Positions 26,478 through 37,100 of a stretch of DNA of 64,000 bases are shown here, piece by piece. Under the pieces are notes generated by a model. The model was not told the DNA's origin. It ran no database searches and worked only from the letters and a program-made list of their open reading frames with translations. The stretch lies in the IMG/VR virus record IMGVR_UViG_3300042975_000096; one strand, written 5' to 3'. The stretch's first letter is position 1. Every line of letters begins with the position of its first letter. The position numbers and the translations under genes are program-made. The stretch comes from a virus. Its lineage: Duplodnaviria; Caudoviricetes.

Positions 26478-29390
26478 TTAAATTTTACTGTGTTTTATAA
26501 CAGTTTCTTTGCCCTTAGAATCAACCGTATATAATTTCATATCAACATCTTCTTCAATATGTTTTTTATCAAACAATTCTTCTTCATATGCATCAAAATA
26601 TATATATGTATCTTCATGCATTCGATACTTAATACCATACCTACTATGATTAATAATTCTATTTTTTCTTCTACGTGGATTTTTAGAATATGTCATAGTT
26701 GTTTCATTTGTATAAGGAACTAATCCATATTTTAACTCTCTAAAATCAAATTCAACTAATACTTTTTCTTCTTCTTCAGGTTTTTTATAAATCTCATTCC
26801 AATCAACAAATGCTTCCCACAACATTTGTGATTCTCTCACCTTATCATATTTTTCATGGTCAAAATATTCAAATAAAATCCACAAATCGTCTTTCAACGC
26901 ATATCGAATTCCTGTTCTAAAAGTATTAGTTGTTCTGTTTTCTGATTTTATTATATTTCCGTTTGCATCATATTGTAAACCACCATTTGTTTTTAACGTT
27001 CTATCTGTAGAAATAGGCTTTATTCCAAACTTTGCTTCTTGAAGATACATATCCAAACTAACTGTATATTCATCTTTTGGTTTCTTTACATACCTATCTT
27101 CATAATTAACAACCAACCATGGCATACATTCCTCTTTTGGTTTTGGAATATAAACACTTTCCGTATGAAGAACATCCACCCAATCTCTATCATATAATGT
27201 ATATTTTGGCGCAATTGGAAATGCAGAATTAGTATTTGTACTTTTTTTACCATCAGCCGTAGCTTTCAATACAAAATCATAATCAATATTTTTCCATCCA
27301 TAAACGTTACTTTCTTCAAAGTCACGTTTTTCAATCAATAATTTATCTGAATTGCTAAAATCTTCTCCATATCGTTCTTTATACCACTCTCTATAATTTT
27401 CTTCACCAACCAAAACAATCATGATAATTGGTATCGTATGAGCAGGTCTTACAATATTCGTTATTTCTTTTACATCACTATAAACTTCATTTATTTCAGC
27501 CGTGCTATCTATTGATTTTTCGATTTCAACAGTAAATCTATACTGATTATCCCAATTAATATCCTTATTTAATCCATAATGCGCATAATCAGTAAATAAT
27601 TCATATATATGAACATCAAATCCTGTATATGCCTTTATTGCTTTTGATATGGAATTTTTATTAGCCCCAGACAATAAAGACTCAATGATTCCTGATACAA
27701 CCTCACGATACTTCTCTTGACTCCATTTAGTTTTCCATGGAACGCCAATCAATGCGCCAAAATTATTATAAATAGCATCTCCATGTGCAGTAGATAAGTA
27801 CATGTTATCTTCTAAAATGCCTTTTTCGTAATTTGCGTCCCCATATTCAATACCCAATGAACGTAACAATTTTACATAGTTAATATCATAAACTTCTTTG
27901 TTATAATCATCTGGAACCATTTTTAATAAATCTTCAAAACATCCCTGATAATACGCCATGCGTTTCTTTACTTCTGCTGAAACGTCCTTTGAATCAGAAG
28001 TTGATTTTACTAATTTTTCTTCAACAATAATAAAATCATACTTTTTGAAATTAACATCTAATGGGGTAGTTATTTGAACTTCATTACCATTAGGTATATA
28101 CACTTTTCTATTTAATGCAGGTTTTAATGTAACTTTGTTAAAAAAACTATTATTTGGAGTTAAAATTCTCTCCGTCTTTGGAAAAACAACAGAAATAATT
28201 TTATCTCCTGAATCATTAATAAACATTAAACTATCAATAGTTAAATCTTTTTCATATGGAAGTTTACTCTTAATTAACAATTCATCTGTAACAATTTTAT
28301 GATAGTCATAAAGTTTATTTAGAAGAAAATAAAATTCTTGATATGATGGTTTTCTTTCATTACCTAAATAATAATATAAAATACCATATGTGTTTTTTTG
28401 AGAATTTTTATCTGTTATATCATAAAACTCATCAACTAATTGTTTTTTATAGGGAACAACATTAATTGCAAAATCATTAATATATTCTCTTAAATCACGA
28501 TAACCTTGCAATTGCATGTCATTTACGCTTGATTTATCAGCATAATGACCCTGTTCAGTTGATAAAAATTCAATATCTAAATTAAGTCCATTCCTTTGAG
28601 CTTGTTCAAGCACTCCAGATTTCATTGCACTTATTATTGGACGAAAAGTTTCATAATCAAATTCTCCAGAACTTTCATCCCCTTGAAATGCAAAAAAATC
28701 AATGTATGGCAAAAAACCTGCTTTTTCTGTCAAATCATATTTTGAGTTTGTGCCATATAATTCGCCAGTTGCTTCCGCTAACCAACCCGTATGAAACTTT
28801 TGTTTATCCTCATTAATATACGTTGATTTCGTATATTCATTAATCGCCGTTAAAATCCCTGGACCACCGATTTTTATATCACTATACTTATTATGAATAA
28901 TATCATGAATGTATTTTAGCATTTGTACATATAACTCTGGTGGACATTTTATCGCGCCTGTCTTATCAATCTGTTCAGGAACAGTCATAATTTGCCAATA
29001 TTTTATCCATGAATATTTATCAATAACGGTCACAGCATATTGAGCATACTGCATATAATTAAATGATGTAATGATTGTTGGAAATTCAAGTTCAATCACC
29101 ATATTCAATTTATATTGTCCAACATACTTTTTATATTCTTCAATGCGTTGATTAAAAGGCCATATATCCCCATTAACACCACTATTCGCAAGGTATAATG
29201 AATTCGAGGCATCTTTACTAATTTGAATTGTATCAATAACATCCGTTATTTTTAATTTATTCACATGTAAAAACATATCTTGTAGCTTTGATTGTATTGC
29301 TTCTACACCAATCAAACCTTTATATTCCCAAGTTTGACCTAATAAGTTATCTCCATTTTTCAAACAAGTGAATCGAATACCACTTCTCAA
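26478..29390 (-). CDS. Baseplate-associated protein with glycoside-hydrolase-like N-terminal region
   Basis: Follows baseplate J. Central YLSTA...NFGALIG...YREVV...IVRPAHT resembles baseplate wedge (gpI-like) proteins; the N-terminus resembles a clan GH-A barrel. Confidence 0.6.
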   Translation of the reverse strand: MRSGIRFTCLKNGDNLLGQTWEYKGLIGVEAIQSKLQDMFLHVNKLKITDVIDTIQISKDASNSLYLANSGVNGDIWPFNQRIEEYKKYVGQYKLNMVIELEFPTIITSFNYMQYAQYAVTVIDKYSWIKYWQIMTVPEQIDKTGAIKCPPELYVQMLKYIHDIIHNKYSDIKIGGPGILTAINEYTKSTYINEDKQKFHTGWLAEATGELYGTNSKYDLTEKAGFLPYIDFFAFQGDESSGEFDYETFRPIISAMKSGVLEQAQRNGLNLDIEFLSTEQGHYADKSSVNDMQLQGYRDLREYINDFAINVVPYKKQLVDEFYDITDKNSQKNTYGILYYYLGNERKPSYQEFYFLLNKLYDYHKIVTDELLIKSKLPYEKDLTIDSLMFINDSGDKIISVVFPKTERILTPNNSFFNKVTLKPALNRKVYIPNGNEVQITTPLDVNFKKYDFIIVEEKLVKSTSDSKDVSAEVKKRMAYYQGCFEDLLKMVPDDYNKEVYDINYVKLLRSLGIEYGDANYEKGILEDNMYLSTAHGDAIYNNFGALIGVPWKTKWSQEKYREVVSGIIESLLSGANKNSISKAIKAYTGFDVHIYELFTDYAHYGLNKDINWDNQYRFTVEIEKSIDSTAEINEVYSDVKEITNIVRPAHTIPIIMIVLVGEENYREWYKERYGEDFSNSDKLLIEKRDFEESNVYGWKNIDYDFVLKATADGKKSTNTNSAFPIAPKYTLYDRDWVDVLHTESVYIPKPKEECMPWLVVNYEDRYVKKPKDEYTVSLDMYLQEAKFGIKPISTDRTLKTNGGLQYDANGNIIKSENRTTNTFRTGIRYALKDDLWILFEYFDHEKYDKVRESQMLWEAFVDWNEIYKKPEEEEKVLVEFDFRELKYGLVPYTNETTMTYSKNPRRRKNRIINHSRYGIKYRMHEDTYIYFDAYEEELFDKKHIEEDVDMKLYTVDSKGKETVIKHSKI

Positions 29391-29413
29391 TTTTTTTCAC
29401 GACCTTTTTGTTT

Positions 29414-31360
29414 TTAACTATCTAAAGTATTTTCAGATATAACATTAATTTCAACATTATCCAACATAAAATACTCATTTAATTCTAATTGTATTTTTGC
29501 TTCCGCAATTTTATTTTTTCTCGCTAATGACACGGTACTCAAATCAACTCTGGTTACACCCGTCGTTTGTCTTGCCAACGCAACCAATTCCGAATTCTCA
29601 ATTGAACTACCCATAGATTTTAAATTATTTACAAACGTACTAATATTCGTTGCTATTGTATTTTTGATTAATGTCGAATCACTATCTATATCACAATAAA
29701 CATCCATCATTATTTGCAAATCAACCCTATTTGCTTGTCTAAGAAGTATATCCGCTGTTAAAATTCGTTTCGCATTCATTTCTTTTTGTAATGACAAAAT
29801 TAATTGATTATAATTATATTTTATGGCCAACGTATCTCCTTCTTGAAGGATATCTTTGTTTATCCAATGGATACAGTCCTTTGATAAAATGCTTCCACCA
29901 ACATCATTACCCAATTGCGAAGTATATTTTTCATCAGAATATGTTGTTTTCACTAAAGCATAATCTGGTTTTGCGTACACTCTTAAATATATTCTATTTT
30001 TTTTCTTAATAAAAGTTCTACTATTTAATCGTTTATCTACTGCAATTATTTTATATGGTTTACCATTATAATAAACTTTTTGAAACATAGGAGCAATATC
30101 ATATTTACTAATATCTTCAAATGTTACTAGTGACCAATTTATAGAATAATCAATATTCGTTAAATATTCCCTTGCAGATTGAAGTTCAACATCCACTTTT
30201 TTCTTCAGTACCTCAATCTCTGTGGCATCAACAATATCCATTGGATAATAATTAGTGTCATTAAATGCATCTGTTATTGAAAAATCCCAAAGTATATCTT
30301 TATAATATGTTTGAGTTATTTTATTCGCTGTAGTCCCATATTCAATTTCATAATTTTCTGCATTCTCATACGTTTTACCAGAAGCCAAAGACGAAATTGA
30401 AACAATGTTTAATGTTGGTTGGTAATCCAAAACTAAATCTTCTGCGCCTTTTTTTAAATATGTAGATGTTATTTTAAAATTCTTATCAACTTCTTGAATT
30501 TGTCTACCTCTAACCCAAATATCAACCATGCCACCCCTACCATATTGATATTCTTTTGCTGAGTTGATAAATCCACCATCTCTAAACATAATTGAATCTG
30601 CTCCACCAATAACAACTGCATCTTCAACAAAATCTTTTTGAATGATATATTTCAAATAGCCATTCTTTGTGCAAATTGAAGCTCCCAATATTGCCAACAT
30701 TATTCTCATTTTTAAGCTTGTATCATTTTCCTGGTCTTCTCCACCACTACAAGCTATTGGATTAGATACTGCAACAATCCCATCAATATCTCCACTATAC
30801 GTTTCTGTTATCGTACCTGCTGAAACATTACCGGAACTTCCAGCAACAACGCTTTGCACTTCACACTCCAAATATTTATATCCCGTACCTGAATCTATAG
30901 GTAAATTATTATAAATATCTCTATTTGTCGCATATGCAGAATCTAATGTTTTAAATACTACCTGGTCAGAAGATGCTGTTCCGCTCGTTGCAATCTCAAA
31001 ATTTGCAGGTATATAAACCTCTGTTGGCAATGAATCCATTGTCAATTTTGTTCTATTTGTATTTTTAATATAAAATCTAACTCTACCAGAAGAATATGTT
31101 GCACCTCTTCTATATGTAAAATAATTAAATCCTAATCTATCCAAATTATAATCAGAAGCCGTTAAAATTGATTGATTAATTTCCATCAATTTCAAATCTG
31201 TATAAAAAGAAGCTAATTCATCAGCTTCTGGACACACTAATACATCACTAATAAATGTTCCTGCTTTAGAATCTATTTTTTCATCTTTATCATTAATATT
31301 ATTTCTAATAGATTGTCGTATCTCATCATATGTACGTTGTTTAATCAAAAATCTCGCCAC
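29414..31360 (-). CDS. Baseplate J-like wedge protein
   Basis: LDRLG.NY...RRGA, VAGSSGNVSAGTI, VSNPIACSGGEDQEND..LKMRI. Confidence 0.88.
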   Translation of the reverse strand: MARFLIKQRTYDEIRQSIRNNINDKDEKIDSKAGTFISDVLVCPEADELASFYTDLKLMEINQSILTASDYNLDRLGFNYFTYRRGATYSSGRVRFYIKNTNRTKLTMDSLPTEVYIPANFEIATSGTASSDQVVFKTLDSAYATNRDIYNNLPIDSGTGYKYLECEVQSVVAGSSGNVSAGTITETYSGDIDGIVAVSNPIACSGGEDQENDTSLKMRIMLAILGASICTKNGYLKYIIQKDFVEDAVVIGGADSIMFRDGGFINSAKEYQYGRGGMVDIWVRGRQIQEVDKNFKITSTYLKKGAEDLVLDYQPTLNIVSISSLASGKTYENAENYEIEYGTTANKITQTYYKDILWDFSITDAFNDTNYYPMDIVDATEIEVLKKKVDVELQSAREYLTNIDYSINWSLVTFEDISKYDIAPMFQKVYYNGKPYKIIAVDKRLNSRTFIKKKNRIYLRVYAKPDYALVKTTYSDEKYTSQLGNDVGGSILSKDCIHWINKDILQEGDTLAIKYNYNQLILSLQKEMNAKRILTADILLRQANRVDLQIMMDVYCDIDSDSTLIKNTIATNISTFVNNLKSMGSSIENSELVALARQTTGVTRVDLSTVSLARKNKIAEAKIQLELNEYFMLDNVEINVISENTLDS

Positions 31361-31363
31361 CTT

Positions 31364-31849
31364 TTATAATAGAATCGTTTGTTCTAAAATCTCGTTTGAA
31401 GTGTTTTTTATCACTACCGAAACATCATATCCTACATAATAATTATCTACTTTTATTGACTCGACACCTAACAATATTTCATCTGTTGTCATATTATTAT
31501 ATGTATCACTTTCTTCACATTGTAAAAACCGTAAATATTCTAATGAAGTCCTTATCATTAATTGAAGTTTTGGACTAGTTAATTTTGTTGATTTCTGTCC
31601 AATTAAATCATGTATTTCTGAACCCCATCTTTCAAAAAATGGATTATCACCTTTTACATCATTTATTATTTTCAGCATTTCCTGCTGAAGTTTTATACTC
31701 CCTGTTGCCAAAACAGCTTGACCGGATTTATCAAAAGCTATATCATAATAATATCCTTTACCTAAACATTTTGGACATTTTTCAGGCATATATTGTTTAC
31801 CACCTGTATAGTGGTCACATAAATTAAATATTTTTACATCATAAGACAT
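31364..31849 (-). CDS. Baseplate wedge/sheath initiator (gp25/GPW-like)
   Basis: KLQQEMLKII...GDNPFFERWGSEIHDLIG; immediately upstream of baseplate J. Confidence 0.7.
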   Translation of the reverse strand: MSYDVKIFNLCDHYTGGKQYMPEKCPKCLGKGYYYDIAFDKSGQAVLATGSIKLQQEMLKIINDVKGDNPFFERWGSEIHDLIGQKSTKLTSPKLQLMIRTSLEYLRFLQCEESDTYNNMTTDEILLGVESIKVDNYYVGYDVSVVIKNTSNEILEQTILL

Positions 31850-31869
31850 AACGTTAACACCTCAAAATA

Positions 31870-32808
31870 TCAATTTCCATCTCCACGACCATAATTTGCA
31901 TTGAAAGATGGAGCATTCATTGTAACAGCAGAAGGAGAAACTATATTTGTCGTTTCTGTATCTAAAACCATTGAGCTTTTTCCTTTCACGGACATGCTGA
32001 TATAATCCTCAAATATTCTAAGTCCTGTGCCGTTTACAGAAATTTCTATAAAACCATTATCTGCATCCAAACGAATCATTGCCACACAATCTTGTTTTGC
32101 GCTCATTGACCCATTACTATCATCTCTATCTTGTTCCCCCGTCTTAGCCCACGCTCTTAAATCCAATTTATTACTCCAACGATTATGAATATAATTATTT
32201 CCAAATCCTTTGGTTAATATTTCTCCCGGTCTTAATGGAGGATAACACATTTTATAATTTTCGTTTAAATAACCTAAAATCATCGGACGATTGTTTTTTG
32301 CAAATCCAACAATTACTTTAGCACCAACCGGCGGTAAATAATTTATTCCGCACCAATTAGTCGGTCCAGACCACAAAAATGGATATGTCAAGTCAACCGT
32401 CTCTCTTGTTGAAGTATTTCCCATTTCGTTTAATGTTCTATCCTCTGCATTATATGAAACATTACCATTATCAGATTTTCCCTCTCCACCTATATTTAAA
32501 ATTCCACTACCTAGTCCTTCAAATCTTAAACAAACCTTACCGACATTCTCATTCACCGCATTTGTTGTGTCAAGCGGATTTAATCCAATTGGCGAAATTC
32601 TATTAACAGTTGGATTATCAATTGTGGCGATTCTTAAACATATATCATAATTTTCATCTATGCTTGCTTTTTTTGTTTGACCATATTCATGTGGTATAAC
32701 AGGAAGTGCTTGTGGTAACAAAATTCCCGTTTTTGACCAGTCTTCTATATCCATTTCTTGTTCTTGCGCTTTTATTTCTTCCATAGAAGTTTTTATCATA
32801 ACTAACAT
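31870..32808 (-). CDS. Baseplate spike/assembly protein (gpV-like OB fold plus beta-helix)
   Basis: YLPPVGAKVIVGF...PMILGYL; beta-rich C-terminus. Confidence 0.68.
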   Translation of the reverse strand: MLVMIKTSMEEIKAQEQEMDIEDWSKTGILLPQALPVIPHEYGQTKKASIDENYDICLRIATIDNPTVNRISPIGLNPLDTTNAVNENVGKVCLRFEGLGSGILNIGGEGKSDNGNVSYNAEDRTLNEMGNTSTRETVDLTYPFLWSGPTNWCGINYLPPVGAKVIVGFAKNNRPMILGYLNENYKMCYPPLRPGEILTKGFGNNYIHNRWSNKLDLRAWAKTGEQDRDDSNGSMSAKQDCVAMIRLDADNGFIEISVNGTGLRIFEDYISMSVKGKSSMVLDTETTNIVSPSAVTMNAPSFNANYGRGDGN

Positions 32809-32831
32809 TTCCTTCCTTATATATACTCTCT

Positions 32832-32866
32832 AAAAAAAGAATACATCAATTTATTTGATGTATTCT
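32832..32866 (-). terminator. Probable intrinsic terminator
   Basis: AGAATACATCAA...TTGATGTATTCT with A-tract. Confidence 0.65.
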
Positions 32867-32872
32867 AATCAA

Positions 32873-33352
32873 CTATTTTTTCAGTTTTTTCTTAACAACA
32901 TCTTTTGCCTTTTTTGAAGCTTCTTTAACCTTTGTTTCAACTGCTTTTTTTGCAGAATCTTCTATTTTTTTCTTTGCCTTAAATGCGTTAAAATTATCAA
33001 TCTGCGCATTAGCACTTTCAATGTTTTTTACTGAATCTGTAATACTAGACATCGCTTTCGATATACCTGCAATATTTCCACCTCGTAAAGCACTAACGGC
33101 TGATACAATATTTTTTACATTTTTGACCGTAGATATAATGCCTTTTATGGAATTTATTTTTGCTTTATTTGCATCTATTTTTCCTTTTATATCATTAACC
33201 GTGCCTTTGATTTTGTCTATTAAACTAGAAGCCTTTTTTTTAGTATCACTTACTCCAGCCTTTTTATCAACTTGTGATTTTGCAGCTTCCACTTGTTCTT
33301 TTTCTTTGTTTTGTATAGTTTGCGCTATTGTTTTTGGCGTTTGGTCAGCCAT
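32873..33352 (-). CDS. Lys/Ala-rich hypothetical protein
   Basis: 159-aa ORF with RBS GGAGTGA. Confidence 0.7.
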   Translation of the reverse strand: MADQTPKTIAQTIQNKEKEQVEAAKSQVDKKAGVSDTKKKASSLIDKIKGTVNDIKGKIDANKAKINSIKGIISTVKNVKNIVSAVSALRGGNIAGISKAMSSITDSVKNIESANAQIDNFNAFKAKKKIEDSAKKAVETKVKEASKKAKDVVKKKLKK

Positions 33353-33364
33353 ATCATCACTCCG

Positions 33365-34117
33365 TTATAATTTTGTAGGTTTAATATTTGCTTTATTCAT
33401 ATTGTCTGTAATAGTTTTATTCATTTTGGCAATCATTTTATTGGAATATTCCTTAACTGCTTCTGATTCCACCTTTGATTGTAATGGCATCTTTTTTAAC
33501 ATTTTTTCAGAATATTCTGCAACAGTTGCAGCATTTTTTGCTTTTTCTTCTGCTGTTGTTGAATCATATTCTTTATATGTAGCTGATGTAGCATTAGCAT
33601 TTCCTGTTTTTCCTTTATAATTGGGGTCTATAGCTTTTATGCTTGCATCATTTTCTACTGAACCAGACTTTGACTGCTTAGACACTAAAGCCAATGCACT
33701 TGAGCCTGTTTTGATTGCATTAGCAATACCAGTCATTAATGCTGCCGTTGCTGCAACTTTTGTTAAAACTCCTAATGCCGGGACTTTTTGTAATTTGCCT
33801 ATAAGTTTTCCCATAACATTTGAAGCTAATACACCTAACGCTCCAGAAATAACTCCACCCAATCCGCCATTCAACAATCCTTTTGCTTTATTTATCTTAT
33901 CTTTTGCATCATTTAGCTTGTTTTTTGCATCATCAACTTTTCCCTTTACGTTATTTATTGTGCTTGTTACTTTTGCGGTTACGTTGCTTGTTGCATTTTT
34001 AACAACATCTGTTCCTTTTTTTATCGCTTCTGTTTTTGCTTTATTTGCTAATTGATTAGCTTTACTTTTTATTTCTGCACTTTTACTGTTTTTTGCTCTG
34101 CTATCACTAACTGACAT
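33365..34117 (-). CDS. Lys/Ala-rich hypothetical protein with central Gly-rich hydrophobic segment
   Basis: 250-aa ORF with RBS AGGTGA. Confidence 0.7.
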   Translation of the reverse strand: MSVSDSRAKNSKSAEIKSKANQLANKAKTEAIKKGTDVVKNATSNVTAKVTSTINNVKGKVDDAKNKLNDAKDKINKAKGLLNGGLGGVISGALGVLASNVMGKLIGKLQKVPALGVLTKVAATAALMTGIANAIKTGSSALALVSKQSKSGSVENDASIKAIDPNYKGKTGNANATSATYKEYDSTTAEEKAKNAATVAEYSEKMLKKMPLQSKVESEAVKEYSNKMIAKMNKTITDNMNKANIKPTKL

Positions 34118-34123
34118 AATTTA

Positions 34124-37100
34124 TCACCTAAAATAAAAATTCAATTTATACATATCTAAATTAACATTATAATCCTTTGCAAGTTTTGCACATTGAGCTG
34201 TTGCGGTATCACCTAGTTGATTCATTTTTTTCCCTAAACTAGCATTAAATCCATAATCCGTTGCTTCTTGTGTTTTTAACCAACCGTCTGGAGGATTTTT
34301 ACCATATTGTTTCTTATACAATGCAATTGCATATGATTTACTCCTTGCAAAATTAACCTTGACCATTTGATATTCTGACGTTAACGATTGCAAATCCTTC
34401 CATTCTGATGAACTTGCTAACAACTTTTGGTTTTTAATACTATTAAACTTATCCTCAACACCATTTTGCCTGTCAAGATTACTAGTTCCGCTATCCGATG
34501 CCATTTCTTGCGCAACACTTGTTGCTGATTGTTGTTCAACCTGTTTGTTATTACCTGTCTGTTGGTCTTCTTTACTTGTTGTTTGCGATTTTTCTTCTTG
34601 TTTTGAACTAGTTTTTTCACTATTAGTCGTTCTTGCATTTTTTGCTTCACTTGTATCAACGGTTTTTATGGTTTTTGCCTGACTTCCTGTTTCTTTTGTA
34701 ATCACTGAATCATATGTTCCATCTTTTATTGAATTCGTAATTGTATCAGTTACTTCCAATTTACCTTCCACATTATATTGTTTTCCATTTGTTACTTCAT
34801 TTGTTGAGCTGTCAAAATCACCAACAATGCAACTCGTACTTACAATCTTTCCCTTAACCGCATCACTATATCTTTCTGTTGTGGTAATAGCTTTTTCCTT
34901 ACCATTCTTATCAACTATTTTTTTAGTTATCGTTTTTTCACTCAACATATCATCTGCAATTCTTTCAGTTGAAGTTTCGACAACATTACCGTTTGAATCT
35001 TTGATTATTTTTTTTCTTATGCTATTAGCATTATCAATTTTCTCAACATATTCAGTTACAGCATTGTCCCCATCTTTATATTCATATTTGGTAATATTTC
35101 TCCCATCATATTTTTCTTTTTCATCAGCCGTCAAATCCTTTTTATCGCTTTTACTTTCAGGGAAAGCATTATCTGCACCAATATCAAGAACATTAGGTAT
35201 TACAATTGATTTACCTTGTTGTTGTTGCAATTCCAACTCAAATTGAGTATAACTTATTTCCAAAGAACTTCCAAAAACTTCTGTATTTAATGCAATAATC
35301 GCGTGCATTAATTCTTCCGCTAATAACTGCGCCCTTGTTGCTTTTGGAGCAGATACTTGAAAATCTGGTGATTTCTCAGCAAAATCCTTCCTATCTGCAA
35401 CATTTCTAAATTCACTTCTTGCGCCTTTATCTGTAGCTTCTTTTTGCATTAAATATGTTATACATCCTTCAGCATGTTCTTTATATGATTCTACGCCACC
35501 GTTTGTAACATTTGCTGTGGTTTCAGAATCCCAAATAAAATCTTTATCTGTAGGAGTCTTTTTTAAAAATACCCACGCCGTTTTATCATTATCATATAAA
35601 TAATATTTAAATTCATACAATAATTTTCCTTTACCATCAATCATTTGATAGCATTTTCCTGTAACTTCTGAGGTTCTTTTCACCCAACCATCAGCATAAG
35701 TTTTCTTATCCCAGGCATTTTTATCCTTCAAAACAATTGTTGAATTTTCGTCAGGAACAGCTTCACTTGCTACTTCTTTCGGTGATAATTGACTTTCCGA
35801 CAAATCTACTTTATAAACCGCACCTAATATTACCATCAACGTATCACCAGGTAACACCAAATGTGATTGTGTATTTTTATCATATTTTAAACGTATTGCC
35901 TGTAATTTACCTAAGTCAGGACAATATCCCAACATTGGGTCATAATACGTTTTATATAATAACAGCATATGGTCTATACATGAAGGTTTACCCATCATTC
36001 TTCCGCAAGTTAATGTCAATGTCATAGTCGATTCTTTTGCAACACCAATACTTCTAGAAATTTGTTCAACATAATATATTGATTGTGCATTTGTTGTCAT
36101 TGCCAACTGACTTGCTTTAACCCCATTATAAGAAGAATGCATTTGAGTAGCAGCACTAATTGATTGGTTCAAATCTCCACCAGGTTTTACATCCACTAAA
36201 TCTGTTTCTGTATTTTTTGATTTATCCCCTGCTTTTGCATCAGTTGCTGGTTTTGTATTTTTATCTGTTTGAGAATCATTATTTTTATCATTTTTTGCTG
36301 ATTCAGTCGCGGTTTTATCTGCTGTTGTTTTTGTTGATTTTTGGCTATTTTCATTGGTTTTTGTAACAGTACCTTCTGTCGTAACCGCTGTTCCTGTCGT
36401 AGCATTAACAGTGGTCGTTTTTTCAACTGCTTTTGGTTTACCATTTTCACTTTCCTGTTTTACGCTAGATTTTTCTAACTGCTGGAAAGAATCCCATACA
36501 GGTTTTAATGAAGTGGAAGTTGTTTCCGCAAAAGTACCTGAATTTCCGTTTCTACCATTTGCAATTAACGTACTTTCCATTGCACTTTTTTCTGTTTGTG
36601 GATAAATTGGATTGTCTGGATGTTCATCATATGCAAAGAAACGAACTGGATTGCCAATTTTTATAAATGAATCTTCAATCATATTCATGGTTGCAGAATT
36701 TCTTCTAGCCAAAGAATTCGCAACCATCATAAATGCCAACATATGTGCATTTTCTTTATTACCCATATATGGAAAAGTAATAGTGTTTGGCATTGGTCTA
36801 CAACCAAAACGAATCATAGACGGAATATCAGGGAACACCCTACGCAATTGTTCTACTGGTCCACCTTTATCGAAAACACCAAAATCTCCCTCAATATTAA
36901 CTTCATACATATTATAAATTCCTTTATCTGTATCAGTTAAACTGAAAGACATAATATATTCTTGTGGTATTTCAGGAATAAGCGCATCTGTTAATTCAGA
37001 TAACGTATTATCATAATAACTTCTAGTAACATTATCGTATTGTTCTTGTGTTTCAGGCGGTAATGAAGAATCTTTTGTTTTGCCATCCTTTGACGATTCT

